Shown here piece after piece: positions 20,596 through 31,235 of a DNA stretch of 64,000 nt. Made by a program: the position numbers and the translations under genes. A model generated the notes under the pieces. The model did not search any database. It had not been told where the DNA came from and was given only the letters and a program-made list of their open reading frames with translations. How positions within the stretch are numbered: the first letter of the stretch is position 1; the number at the start of each line of letters is the position of its first letter. The stretch is from assembly GCA_938091905.1 (NCBI GenBank), contig CALKOM010000134.1:1-64000 (forward strand). Direction: 5' to 3'. The DNA comes from an uncultured Verrucomicrobiales bacterium (GTDB lineage Bacteria > Verrucomicrobiota > Verrucomicrobiia > Verrucomicrobiales > DEV007).

Positions 20596-21820
20596 ATGAA
20601 ACAAACCCTCGTTCTTTCCGTTCTTCTAGCAACGGCCCTCAGCGCCCACGCCGAATCGCTGCCTGTTGTCAGACCAGAGACGCTCGGATTGTCTTCTGAC
20701 AAGCTTGCTAGGATCGACGACGTGGTGGAGAAATTCATCGCCAAGAAAGATCTCGCCGGTGGTGTCATCGCGGTCGCTCGACGTGGCAAGATTGCTTATC
20801 TCAAGGCCTTCGGCAAACGCAATCAAGAGACGGGCGAGGCCATGACTGAGGATACGATCTTCCGGATCTATTCCATGACCAAGTCGATGACCACCGCCGC
20901 CGCGCTCATGTTAGTCGAGAAGGGCAAGCTCGACCTCAAGGCCCCCGTTTCCGGCTACCTTCCCGCATTGAGAGAGGTGCAAGGTCGCCAATGGTAGCGA
21001 GAAGGTCGCCCCGAAACGTCCCATGACCGTGGAGGATCTCATACGTCAAACCGCAGGTCTTACCTACGGCCTCTTTGGGGACACGGACGTTGACAAAGCC
21101 TATCAGAAAGCTGGCGTTCTCAATGGTAGCCTGGAGGACATGGGGGCATCGTTAGGCAAACTTCGACTACTCTATCACCCCGGCGAACGTTGGGTGTACA
21201 GTGTGGCCATCGATGTGCTTGGTCGCCTAGTCGAGAAAGCGTCCGGCAAGAGCTTCGGGGACTTCCTTCAAGAACGCCTTTTCAAGCCGCTAAACATGAA
21301 AGATACCGGCTTCCATGTCCCAGCAGACAAGGTTGATCGCTTTGCCGAAAACCACACGATTGGCTTGCTAGTCATCGATCACCCTAAGAAGAGCCGCTAT
21401 CTCAAACCACCCAAGATGGAGTCCGGCGGAGGCGGGCTTGTCTCCACCACCCGCGACTACTTACGCTTCCTTCAGATGATTGCCAACGGGGGCACATTCG
21501 AGGGGAAGCGCTATCTCAAGCAGGAAACTGTCAACCTGATGACCACGAATCAGCTTTCCGAATCTATTCCATTCATTGGCGTTGGCGACGAACGCCCCGG
21601 CCTAGGATTCGGTCTTGGTTTCTCTGTCAGAATTGGGGATTCGGAGTGGAATTCCGGTTCAAGATTGGGCGAGTACGATTAGGGAGGTGCCGCAAGCACC
21701 CACTACTGGATCTCGCCCAAAGATGAACTGATCGTCATCACGATGGAGCAGACCATGCCCTTCAACTTCAATCTCGAATTCGGATTGAAGAAGCTCATCT
21801 ACGACGCAATCGAGGACTAA
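20596..21820 (+). pseudogene. Beta-lactamase-family serine hydrolase, disrupted
   Basis: IYSMTK (SxxK), WVYS; +1 frameshift near 20980 (restores EVKVANGSEKVAPKRPMTVEDL); TAG at 21680-21682 in place of W in GEYD*GGAASTHYWISP; reading continues to TAA 21820. Confidence 0.88.
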
Positions 21821-22657
21821 CTAGCGACGAACAGCTTTCTGCCACGCCTCGAGACCTTCGATATTCTCTCGAAGGCACTCCTCTGTATCTCGCTCGCTCT
21901 GATGGTCAATAATACCAATGGGTCCATCATAGCCCAGCTGCGCCACCATTTCTAGCAAGCGCGCATCGTGTTTGCCTTTTCCGATTTGAAGGATCTTCGG
22001 TTCCGGCTTGTCGTTCATGCCGTTAAGATTGAGGCAGAGCAGATAGGGCGTCATTAGTTTAAGTGAGTCCTCAATGTCAGGAAGCTGCTCATGGGCATGG
22101 TGAAAGTTGTAAACGATGCCCACGTGCTTCGCGGCGTACTTTTCCCGCAATGCCAGGCAAACAGCCACAAGATTCTTCGGCTCCCCTCCCCAATGCCCGT
22201 GGTTGTAAAGACCTAGCGGACAGCCCAAACTACGCGTCTTCTCAACCAGTGGCAAGAGGGCCTCGACCGCACGGCTGACCTTGATCGCGTCTGTTTCACC
22301 TTCGGGGCTCGGAGCCGTCTGCCAAATCTGGGGTGTGAGTTTGTATTTCTGAAACAGTGAGAATGCCTCTTCATGGGCTCCCCAGAAAGCGAAGAAATCG
22401 ATCCCATTCGCAGCATAGGCCTGGATCTCGGCCTCGAAGCTGGACACGTGCTCGGCACGCCAATCGAAAGCCGAGCGAGTGATTCCTAGCTTCTTGAGCA
22501 TCTTTGCCCGGGCCTCGGGTCCACGCTTGGTGGCGTCAAACGGCACGATGCACCACGCGACGAGGTTCTTCCGGGCAAATCCGGCGAATTCGGCTGCAAG
22601 AGCGGGCGCACCGCTTAAAAGAAAAGCGACCAAGCTGAGACAAAGGGATCGTTTCAT
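21821..22657 (-). CDS. Secreted xylose-isomerase-like TIM-barrel protein
   Basis: Signal peptide; AWCIVPFD, LYNHGHWGGEP, VYNFHH, LNLNGM, YDGPIGII. Confidence 0.75.
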   Translation of the reverse strand: MKRSLCLSLVAFLLSGAPALAAEFAGFARKNLVAWCIVPFDATKRGPEARAKMLKKLGITRSAFDWRAEHVSSFEAEIQAYAANGIDFFAFWGAHEEAFSLFQKYKLTPQIWQTAPSPEGETDAIKVSRAVEALLPLVEKTRSLGCPLGLYNHGHWGGEPKNLVAVCLALREKYAAKHVGIVYNFHHAHEQLPDIEDSLKLMTPYLLCLNLNGMNDKPEPKILQIGKGKHDARLLEMVAQLGYDGPIGIIDHQSERDTEECLRENIEGLEAWQKAVRR

Positions 22658-22815
22658 CAGGAAATAGGAACACGCTTGCCCCGCCGAACCAAGGTTGCAA
22701 AGTACGCCATCTTGTCACAAATTTCAGGTGAACAAAGCGATGGTCAACCCCGTCTGTAGCCAGCGGCTGTCCGGTTGCATCCTCTGCAGTGGCCGCTACG
22801 ATACACGTATCCTGC

Positions 22816-23697
22816 ATGAAATCTTTCCGTAACTCACTCCTTCTAGCTAATGGGCTGCTCCTAGGAACGATCCAAGCTCAGGAGGCCGTGCCCAGCACCG
22901 CGCCAGAAACCAGCAACCCGGCCACCTTTCTCGAAATCCTTGAGTCGGCAGGTGTCATGCTCTACCCGCTCGCTGCCCTGAGTATCGCGGCCGTCTTTCT
23001 CGTCATCTTCTACCTGCTCACCATCCGCCAAGGAGCGATCGTCAGTGACAAGTTCATGAATGCTGCCGACGCGCTCATTCGAAAGCAAGACTACCTTGGA
23101 CTGCTCGCGGTCTGCAACCGGCACAATGAGTCCATCGCGAGAATCACCGAGAAGACCCTGGATTTCGCGACCAAGAATCCAACCGCGACCTTTGAGGAAG
23201 TTCGAGAGGTTACTGAGGCTGAAGGTACCCGGCAAACTAGTCTTCTTCACCAACGGATCACCTACCTCGCAGACATCGGCAGCATTGCCCCGATGATTGG
23301 TTTGTTAGGCACCGTCGTTGGCATGATCAAATCATTTCGTAGCATTGGGAGTATCACGGTGATGGGAGATAAACAGAATGTGCTGGCCACTGGCGTTTCC
23401 GAGGCTCTGCTCACCACCGCTGGCGGACTTGTAATCGGCATTCCCGCGATGATCTTCTATTCAATTTTCCGCGGGCGCGTCCAACGCCTCATCGCAGAAA
23501 TGGAAGCAGCCGCCACGCACCTCGTGGCATTGTTAGCTGCACAGTATAAGCGGAGCACGGCTTCACCCGTATCCCAACCTGGTGCCAATCCGCAATCTGC
23601 TCAGCAACCCTTTTCTCCCTACCCAACACAGCTTGAGCCTGACTACTTCTCGGAGTATTCGATCAAAGATCGTACGATCGACCCGCAAGGACTCTAA
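22816..23697 (+). CDS. exbB: MotA/TolQ/ExbB proton-channel protein
   Basis: APMIGLLGTVVGMI, GVSEALLTTAGGL. Confidence 0.9.
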   Translation: MKSFRNSLLLANGLLLGTIQAQEAVPSTAPETSNPATFLEILESAGVMLYPLAALSIAAVFLVIFYLLTIRQGAIVSDKFMNAADALIRKQDYLGLLAVCNRHNESIARITEKTLDFATKNPTATFEEVREVTEAEGTRQTSLLHQRITYLADIGSIAPMIGLLGTVVGMIKSFRSIGSITVMGDKQNVLATGVSEALLTTAGGLVIGIPAMIFYSIFRGRVQRLIAEMEAAATHLVALLAAQYKRSTASPVSQPGANPQSAQQPFSPYPTQLEPDYFSEYSIKDRTIDPQGL

Positions 23698-23706
23698 CAT
23701 AGCACC

Positions 23707-24132
23707 ATGAAGTTCCGGAATACCAACGAGACCGCGCCTGCCACTCTCCAGTTGGCCCCGATGATCGATGTCGTCTTCTTGCTATTGATCTTCTTCTTGG
23801 TCACTTGGAGCTACGCACGTTTCGAGAATGAGCTCGATATCAGTGTCCCTGCTGCGGATGAAAGCCAGGATCCCAAGCGACGTTTCGGAGAACAGATCAT
23901 CAACGTCACCGAGGATGGACGCGTCGTCGTCAACTCAGCGGAAATGGGAGACACCGAATTGTTGGACGCTCTCCAACTCGTGGCCGAACTTCGCCCCGAT
24001 CAATCGATCATTCTTCGTGGGGATCAAGCCGTAGACTACAAGCACATCGTCCGCGTGCTCAACATCTGCCACAAGGCAAAGATTTATAACGTAGCTTTCT
24101 CCACGACGACAAAGCCCTCCGACAATCCATGA
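23707..24132 (+). CDS. exbD: ExbD/TolR biopolymer transport protein
   Basis: LAPMIDVVFLLLIFF with conserved Asp; ILRGD. Confidence 0.92.
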   Translation: MKFRNTNETAPATLQLAPMIDVVFLLLIFFLVTWSYARFENELDISVPAADESQDPKRRFGEQIINVTEDGRVVVNSAEMGDTELLDALQLVAELRPDQSIILRGDQAVDYKHIVRVLNICHKAKIYNVAFSTTTKPSDNP

Positions 24133-26795
24133 AGCGCCCATCCCTTCAATCGACCCTCGCTTTACTCGCGTTAGTGGTCCTTCTGGTAGCCACGACCTCT
24201 CGAGGTCAAGAGCCGACGCTAATTCAAGACGATCAGATCATGGAATCTCCGCTTGAACAGCCAAGAGATCCTAGCACAGCGGCCACAGAGCCTCTTCCTG
24301 AAATCGAAGAAGGCCAAACACAGCCTTTACCCGAGACGACCACAACACCAAACGGGGAGTCGCCAGCTCCACCAGCAGAAGAATCTCCTGAGACTTCAGA
24401 CGACACGATCAAGTTTGACCCTAGCAAATCAGTTGTTCGACCCGCCAAGGTTAGACCGAAAGCTCCCCGGGCCCCGGTCAGGGTCCCGCCTGCGCCAAAG
24501 CACTCTGCCAATCCAGAAGCTGACCTCTTCGAACATGCCCAACTCGTGGCCAAGTACGAACTCTGGCCACAAGCTGAGAGACAGTACCGCATCTATCTGG
24601 AAACCTACCCTCACAAACCGAACGCTCAGGCCGCTTACTATGGACTAGCTGAAGCTCGAATGAAACTGGGTAAGCTAGCTGAGTCCGAAGCGACTTACCG
24701 AATGCTGCTATCGAGGTTCAAACGTGGAGAGCATGTCGGTGCCGCAGCCTACCGGCTGGGGTACATCCACTGGGAACGCCAAGAATACGATATCGCCGTA
24801 GGCAACTTCGAAATCGCCAGCCGCACAGCCACAAAAGATCTTGTGAGGAAATCAGCCTCTTATTTCCGTGCTCAGTGCCTCCAGCAACTTGGAAATCTCC
24901 GCCGTGCTGAAGAGCTCTTTCTAAAACTCGCCTCCGATCCTGAAGACCACAAATACCGCGACGCCTCAGCCATTATGCTAGCTCGAATAGACGTCGAGAA
25001 GAACAAGTTTCAGCAGGCCTACGAAACCTTCTCGAAGCTATCCAAACCGCCCACACCGCCGAAGATTCGCGCTGAGGCCGTGACCAAAGCCGGACTGATG
25101 GCAGCCAAGTTGGGCATGCAAACAGAGGCCCAGCAGTATTACGAAGAAATCCTCGCAGTAGAAACCCAGGACGCCACTCCCTGGCATCCCAAGGCTTTCT
25201 GGGGGCTTCTCCACCTTTTCTATGAGCAAGGGAACTACCAGGAGCTTATCGATCAGTTCCAAAGCCGGCGGATCTCCTACAACAACAGTCATACTGGCCT
25301 CGAAGACCAGGCACCTGTGATGCTCATGGTCGCTCATGCTTTTCGCCGCCTTGAGAAATATCGGCAGGCCGCTTCACTCTACGACCAATCGGTTAGGCTG
25401 AACCCCGATGCCAAGGAAGCAAGAGAGGCCGGCTATCGACACCTCTACTGTCTCTACAAAGACAAGAGCCCCTTCCTGGATGCGAAAACCCGCGACTACC
25501 TAATAAAACAACGCCAGAAAGGCATTGGCCATCAGTATTATCACTTGGCGCTGCTCTTACAGGCTGAGTCTCTCTTTGGTCGTAAGCAGAAGACCAGCAA
25601 GACTTACAAGGAAGCAGCAGATGCCTACGCCGCGATCAACCTAGAAATGATTCCTGAAAAGTATCACGGAATGGTCATGTACAAGCTGGGATGGGCTCAG
25701 ACGGAAGCCGGCATGCACGGCAAGGGTATCCAGTCTTTCTACACGTTCTCGACGAAGTATGGAGAACAGTATCCGGATCTACTTCCTAAAGTTCTTGCGA
25801 AACGGGGCGAAGCGTTTCGCAAAGGAAAAGACTACCGCAGCGCTGTGAAAGACTTCGATGCCCTCATCGCTACGAATGCGGACGAGAATCTCGTCTATCT
25901 TGCGCTGCAACAAAAAGCCCTCATCCAGGTAGAGCTGGAGAACCGCCCCGAAACAATCAAGACCTTCACAGCTCTTCTAAATCGTTTCCCCGATGGTCAA
26001 GGTACCTCAGAAGCCTACTTCTTCATCGGCGATGCTTACTACAAGCAAAGCGAGTTTGAAGAATGTGTCGAACCCCTATCCAAAGCGCGCGAACTTGACG
26101 GGGACACCTACACGATTCCGAGCACACAGCGTATCATCGTCGCCCATTGGCGCTTGGGGGACTCTGACAATGCAGCCAAACAAGTGGATCTCCTTCTTGC
26201 AAGGGATCCCAAGACAAATCTTATCCCGCCGAAGCTATGGCTCTGGTTAGGTACTCGCTTCTTTCAACAAGATAGGTTTGAGGCTTCGGCACGTTACCTG
26301 AAGCAAGTGGCCAAACCCGACGCTCCAAAAGACACGTGGCCATTGGCATGGAGCTTCCTCGGGCGAGCCTACCTCAACTCGGGCAAATACGAAGAATCTC
26401 TTGCGCCGTTCGACCACTATCTAGCCACTGAACCAACCTCTGATGAGCGCGCAAAAGCCTTGCTTCAAAAAGCCACCGCGCTGAGTAAGACCGGCAAATT
26501 GAAAGAGGCCCAAGCTGCAGCGGAAGAAGTTCAGCAACTGCAGAAACAGGGCCGTACTTACGGCCAAGCTTGGATCTTATTGGGAGACATCGCCATGGCA
26601 CAAAGCGAGCACGAGAAAGCCTCCAAGTATTACGTCATCCCTAGCAGGATGTTTAAAGATCCCCTCGTCACGCCCATCGCCATCGAGAAAGCCGCCGTCG
26701 CTTTTGATAAGATGGGTGAAGCCCAACGCGCCGCAGACCTCAGGCGCAAGCTACGCGAAGACTGGCCCACCTATCAGACGGCAACAGATTCCTAA
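24129..26795 (+). CDS. Large exported TPR protein with Pro-rich N-terminal linker
   Basis: Signal/anchor, Pro/Glu then Pro/Lys/Arg-rich region, many TPRs; start overlaps exbD stop (ATGA). Confidence 0.85.
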   Translation: MKRPSLQSTLALLALVVLLVATTSRGQEPTLIQDDQIMESPLEQPRDPSTAATEPLPEIEEGQTQPLPETTTTPNGESPAPPAEESPETSDDTIKFDPSKSVVRPAKVRPKAPRAPVRVPPAPKHSANPEADLFEHAQLVAKYELWPQAERQYRIYLETYPHKPNAQAAYYGLAEARMKLGKLAESEATYRMLLSRFKRGEHVGAAAYRLGYIHWERQEYDIAVGNFEIASRTATKDLVRKSASYFRAQCLQQLGNLRRAEELFLKLASDPEDHKYRDASAIMLARIDVEKNKFQQAYETFSKLSKPPTPPKIRAEAVTKAGLMAAKLGMQTEAQQYYEEILAVETQDATPWHPKAFWGLLHLFYEQGNYQELIDQFQSRRISYNNSHTGLEDQAPVMLMVAHAFRRLEKYRQAASLYDQSVRLNPDAKEAREAGYRHLYCLYKDKSPFLDAKTRDYLIKQRQKGIGHQYYHLALLLQAESLFGRKQKTSKTYKEAADAYAAINLEMIPEKYHGMVMYKLGWAQTEAGMHGKGIQSFYTFSTKYGEQYPDLLPKVLAKRGEAFRKGKDYRSAVKDFDALIATNADENLVYLALQQKALIQVELENRPETIKTFTALLNRFPDGQGTSEAYFFIGDAYYKQSEFEECVEPLSKARELDGDTYTIPSTQRIIVAHWRLGDSDNAAKQVDLLLARDPKTNLIPPKLWLWLGTRFFQQDRFEASARYLKQVAKPDAPKDTWPLAWSFLGRAYLNSGKYEESLAPFDHYLATEPTSDERAKALLQKATALSKTGKLKEAQAAAEEVQQLQKQGRTYGQAWILLGDIAMAQSEHEKASKYYVIPSRMFKDPLVTPIAIEKAAVAFDKMGEAQRAADLRRKLREDWPTYQTATDS

Positions 26796-26866
26796 GGGCA
26801 GACCTCCTACAAACGGCAACAAATTCCTTCCCGACAACGCGTGACTCCAGTCTAAGGTAATTTGCC

Positions 26867-27583
26867 ATGGAAGAGCGCGACACGAAGAAGCCGAGAATTC
26901 TGCTGGTCGAGGATGATTTAAAACTAGCTGCCCTGGTTAAAGAATATCTTGAGAGCGACCAATTCGAGGTGGACGTCGAAACCCGCGGCGATACCGCAGC
27001 CAATCGTATTCTAACAGACAAGCACGACCTCGTTATTCTCGATGTCATGCTGCCAGGGTTGGACGGCTTTGAGGTATGCAAACGAGTCCGCCCAGACTTT
27101 GACGGGCCGATCCTCATGTTAACCGCTCGAAGCGAAGAGGTCGATGAAGTCATCGGCCTAGAGATGGGGGCAGACGACTACATGAGTAAGCCAGTCCGCC
27201 CCCGGCTCCTCCTCGCCCGGATGCGGACCCTACTAAGACGAGTCCAACTGAATGAGACACCAGGGACGATTTCGGAAGAGTGCGCACTCATCGAGTTAAC
27301 GGATCTTCAAATAGACGCAACCCAACGAAGCGTGCTTCTGAAAGGCCATCCCATTTACCTAACTACCGCAGAGTTCGATCTCCTCTGGTTCCTAGCTCAA
27401 CGTCCGGGCGAAGTGGTGACCCGAGATCAGATCTTCGAGAAAGTGATCGGCATGCCTTATGATGGTTTGGATCGTTCTGCGGACCTCCGCATCACTCGTC
27501 TACGCAAGAAACTCGGTGATGACGGCAAACAACCTTCCCGTATCAAATCCATCCGCAGCGTGGGCTACCTGCTCGCTCCCTAG
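26867..27583 (+). CDS. OmpR-family response regulator (RstA-like)
   Basis: LVEDD, LDVMLPGLDG, GADDYMSKP, LTTAEFDLL, RITRLRKKL. Confidence 0.93.
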   Translation: MEERDTKKPRILLVEDDLKLAALVKEYLESDQFEVDVETRGDTAANRILTDKHDLVILDVMLPGLDGFEVCKRVRPDFDGPILMLTARSEEVDEVIGLEMGADDYMSKPVRPRLLLARMRTLLRRVQLNETPGTISEECALIELTDLQIDATQRSVLLKGHPIYLTTAEFDLLWFLAQRPGEVVTRDQIFEKVIGMPYDGLDRSADLRITRLRKKLGDDGKQPSRIKSIRSVGYLLAP

Positions 27584-27585
27584 CT

Positions 27586-28869
27586 ATGACAAGGTTCTAT
27601 CTTCGGATCATCGTAGTCATCTTCCTCGCTATCATGGCTTCGATTATAGCTTTCGTTAGGCTAGCGAAAGTCTGGGAAGAACGCTTCTTCGAACCCAAAG
27701 CGATCAAGCAACTCCATCAGCTTGCAGGCACGCTAGACGAACGGCTCAGGGGAATGGACGAAGCGGAAGCAAAGGCAGCCCTGGAAGAGATCGAGAAAGA
27801 AAGGGGCCTACCCATTCATATCGTGACAGTCGACAATCTCGCTGAAGTTGCGACGAACCGACCGAGTGACAGCAAGACGAAACGTTTGTTTCTTGATCTA
27901 GGCGACAAACCATTCGGTGTCATGATCCAGTCTGACGAGGGCCTGATCAAAGAGTACGAAGAGGACGAGGAACGCTACATGGGCCGCGGCGTCGTCCAAA
28001 TGATACTCATCATCGGCGTCGCAGGGTTCTTCATCGTGCGTCCACTCGTGAAGAAGCTTCGTGTCCAAGAAGCCATTCTAGCAGAAATCGCAGATGGGAA
28101 TCTCAGCGCCCGTGTCGACATCAAAGGAAAGGATGCCCTGGGCCGATTGAGCCAGCGCCTCAACTCCATGGCCGACCGTATTCAGGAACTGTTAGGTTCA
28201 CAACGCCAAATTATCCAAGCCGTTTCTCACGAAATGAGGACACCCACCGCAAGAATCGGATTCGCCCTCGAAATGCTGGCAGAGTCCAAGACCGAGGAGG
28301 ACCGCCAACGTAGGATCGCTTCTCTCAACGAAGACCTCGCGGACATGGACGCGTTGTTGGAAGAGCTCCTCACATTCCTCCGTTTTGAGGATGGAGCCCA
28401 AGCCCTAGACCTCGAATCCCTGAACCTTCTCGCCATGGTGAGCGAAACCGAGCGACGCGTGCAACGGTTCCGCCCTGAGCTCAATATTACCACTCAAACT
28501 CTCCCTGAAGGCATGGCAACACTTGAGGCCCCTGTGAGTCGAAAGTACTTTCCCCGCGTGCTGGAGAATCTTCTCATGAACGCCATGCGGCACGCTAAAA
28601 GCCACATTTCCGTAAAGGTGATCCCAGGAGACTCTCTAGTCGAGATACATATCGATGACGATGGTTTCGGCGTCCCAGACGATCAGAAGGCACGAATCTT
28701 CGAACCATTCGTCCGTCTTGATCCTAGCCGCGATCGCCAGACCGGCGGCACAGGCCTTGGGCTAGCCATCACCAAGCGAATCATCGATCAACATCAAGGC
28801 ACCATCACCGTCTCCAAATCGCCCCTCCAAGGCGCGCGATTCAGCATTCTACTCCCCCAGAAGGCCTGA
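27586..28869 (+). CDS. HAMP-domain sensor histidine kinase (RstB-like)
   Basis: Two TMs, HAMP, SHEMRTP H-box, ENLLMNA, DDDGFG, GGTGLGLAI. Confidence 0.93.
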   Translation: MTRFYLRIIVVIFLAIMASIIAFVRLAKVWEERFFEPKAIKQLHQLAGTLDERLRGMDEAEAKAALEEIEKERGLPIHIVTVDNLAEVATNRPSDSKTKRLFLDLGDKPFGVMIQSDEGLIKEYEEDEERYMGRGVVQMILIIGVAGFFIVRPLVKKLRVQEAILAEIADGNLSARVDIKGKDALGRLSQRLNSMADRIQELLGSQRQIIQAVSHEMRTPTARIGFALEMLAESKTEEDRQRRIASLNEDLADMDALLEELLTFLRFEDGAQALDLESLNLLAMVSETERRVQRFRPELNITTQTLPEGMATLEAPVSRKYFPRVLENLLMNAMRHAKSHISVKVIPGDSLVEIHIDDDGFGVPDDQKARIFEPFVRLDPSRDRQTGGTGLGLAITKRIIDQHQGTITVSKSPLQGARFSILLPQKA

Positions 28870-28918
28870 ATTCCGCGAGTGACTTTCGGCCAGCGCCAGG
28901 GTTAGAAAGAGCGCTCCC

Positions 28919-31234
28919 ATGCCAAAAGCGCTCTCAATCCTTCTTTGCCTGCCTTTGCTGTTCCCCTGGACAGTGCAAGGCATCGGTGACTCTGCGGCTT
29001 ACTTTGAGAAACACATTCGCCCGCTATTGATTAAACACTGCTACCAGTGTCACTCTCACGAATCCGGTAAAGCGAAAGGAGGGCTCCAGCTAGACTCGCG
29101 AGAGGGTTGGTCCGAGGGTGGTGACAGTGGTCCAGCCATCACACCGGGAGAACCAAGTCATAGTCTACTTCTTAAGGCAGTCAGCTACAAGAATACCGAC
29201 CTCCAGATGCCACCGGAGAAACGATTATCTACCAGTGATCGAGACCACCTCTTTGAGTGGATCGCACAAGGTGCCTATGACCCAAGGGAAGCTCCGACAT
29301 CGAACTCGAAACCTGAGAGCAACGTGGTCACCAGTGATTTCTGGTCTTTCCGCCCCATTGAGAAGTCTCAGAAGCCACCCAAAAATAACGGTGGCGATTG
29401 GAGCCACGGCCCCGTGGATCAGTTTCTTGCCAAAGAACACCAAGCCGAAGGGATTAAGCCTGCTCCAGACGCTGACATTCACACAGCACTGCGTCGACTT
29501 TGGGTCGTACTCACTGGCCTACCTCCGTCGCCCGATGAAATCGATGTGTTTCTCAACGACGACTCTGTCAATGCGTGGGAACGGCAAACGGACAGGCTTC
29601 TCGCGTCGCCTCGTTATGGAGAACACTGGGGTAGACACTGGCTCGATGTGACTCGTTTCGCCGAGTCCAGCGGCGGTGGCCGCAGCCTGATGTTTAAGGA
29701 AGCCTGGCGATTCCGAGACTACGTCATCGACGCCTTCAATGAGGACATCCCTCACAACGATCTCATTCGCGAACATCTCGCCGGCGACATACTCTTTCAA
29801 CAGGACCCCTTAAACGCTCCACGCCAGAGTGAGCGTCTTGTCGCCACCGGCTTCCTCGCGCTTGGCCCAACAAACTACGAACTCCAAGACAAAGAACTGC
29901 TTCGCATGGAGGTCATCGATGAACAGATCGACACCATGGGAAGAGCCTTCCTTGGCATGACGCTCGGGTGCGCAAGATGTCATGATCACAAATTCGATCC
30001 CGTTTCCACTGAGGAATACTACGCCCTCGCCGGGATCTTTCGAAGCACGAAGACCATCACTCCTGGCAATGTATCAGGTTTCGTAGAAACTCCGCTGCCT
30101 GGCCCCGGATACGCGGCGCAATTAAGCTACGAACGCGAACTTGAGAAACGCCGCGCTCAACTTGCGTTCGCCGAACGCAAGAACAAGGCACAGGCCAAGA
30201 AACTAAAGAAAGCGATTGAAGCCTTTAAAAAGACGGCTCCCCCCAGTCGGCCCAAAGTAATGTCCGTAAGTGAGGAGGATCCGAAAGAGATTGCCGATTG
30301 TCATGTCCATATCCGTGGCGCCATTCGAAACCTGGGCAAACCCGTCAAGCGCGGCTTCCTGATCGCAGCCACACCAAAGGGTCAGTCACCACATCCCCAG
30401 CTTAAGGCAACCGCTAGTGGCCGACAGGCGCTTTCAGATTGGCTCACTCACTCTGGCAATCCTCTGACCACGCGGGTGTATGTGAACCGGCTCTGGCATC
30501 ACGTCTTTGGCCAAGGACTCGTCCGCACGGTCGACAACTTTGGACGTACGGGAGAGACGCCGTCCCACCCTGAGTTGCTTGATTACCTGGCCTCTGAATT
30601 TCAAACGACCGGTGCATGGTCCACCAAGCGCCTCGTGCGTGACCTCGTCATCTCTAAGGCATTTCTGTTGGGTTCGAATTACGGGGCCGAGTCCGGAGAT
30701 CCAGAGAACCGTCTCCTCGCCCGTGCGCATTCTCGCGCACTATCCGCTGAGAGCTTGCGCGATGCCATCCTCCAAATCGCAGGCGATCTTGATCTCGCCG
30801 TTGGCGGACTAACGATTAGCAAATTCAGCGCTTATGACAACGGCTACAAGTTTGGCAAGTTTCGCAGACGCGCTGTTTACGCGCCGGCGTTTCGCAATGC
30901 GCGCCTAGAAATACTCAATCTATTTGATGCTGCCAATCCCAACATGACCCAGGGACGTCGAACCAGAACTACCTTGGCCACCCAAGCCCTGTTTCTAATG
31001 AACAGCCCCCTTGTCATCGCCCAGGCGGAGGCTGTCGCTACACAGCTAGCCGACGTGCACAAGAGCCCAATTACCCGCCTCGAGGCCGCGTACAGACACA
31101 TTCTCAGCCGCGGCCCCACCTCCCAAGAGCGCGAAGTTGCCTTGACTTACCTAGCCGAATCATCGGACGATCAAGCTTGGACCGCCTTAATTCAGACTCT
31201 CTTCGCTTCCGTCGATTTCCGTAATCTCCACTAA
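28919..31234 (+). CDS. Planctomycete cytochrome c / DUF1549 / DUF1553 (PSD1) protein
   Basis: CYQCH and CARCHDHKFDP heme motifs, YGEHWGRHWLD, RVYVNRLWHHVFGQG, PSHPELLDYLA, QALFLMN. Confidence 0.93.
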   Translation: MPKALSILLCLPLLFPWTVQGIGDSAAYFEKHIRPLLIKHCYQCHSHESGKAKGGLQLDSREGWSEGGDSGPAITPGEPSHSLLLKAVSYKNTDLQMPPEKRLSTSDRDHLFEWIAQGAYDPREAPTSNSKPESNVVTSDFWSFRPIEKSQKPPKNNGGDWSHGPVDQFLAKEHQAEGIKPAPDADIHTALRRLWVVLTGLPPSPDEIDVFLNDDSVNAWERQTDRLLASPRYGEHWGRHWLDVTRFAESSGGGRSLMFKEAWRFRDYVIDAFNEDIPHNDLIREHLAGDILFQQDPLNAPRQSERLVATGFLALGPTNYELQDKELLRMEVIDEQIDTMGRAFLGMTLGCARCHDHKFDPVSTEEYYALAGIFRSTKTITPGNVSGFVETPLPGPGYAAQLSYERELEKRRAQLAFAERKNKAQAKKLKKAIEAFKKTAPPSRPKVMSVSEEDPKEIADCHVHIRGAIRNLGKPVKRGFLIAATPKGQSPHPQLKATASGRQALSDWLTHSGNPLTTRVYVNRLWHHVFGQGLVRTVDNFGRTGETPSHPELLDYLASEFQTTGAWSTKRLVRDLVISKAFLLGSNYGAESGDPENRLLARAHSRALSAESLRDAILQIAGDLDLAVGGLTISKFSAYDNGYKFGKFRRRAVYAPAFRNARLEILNLFDAANPNMTQGRRTRTTLATQALFLMNSPLVIAQAEAVATQLADVHKSPITRLEAAYRHILSRGPTSQEREVALTYLAESSDDQAWTALIQTLFASVDFRNLH

Positions 31235-31235
31235 C

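Noticed and set aside
21680..21682. In-frame TAG as programmed read-through or pyrrolysine
   Set aside because: It replaces a conserved Trp (TGG to TAG, one transition) and the gene also has a frameshift; TAG is a normal stop in many genes here
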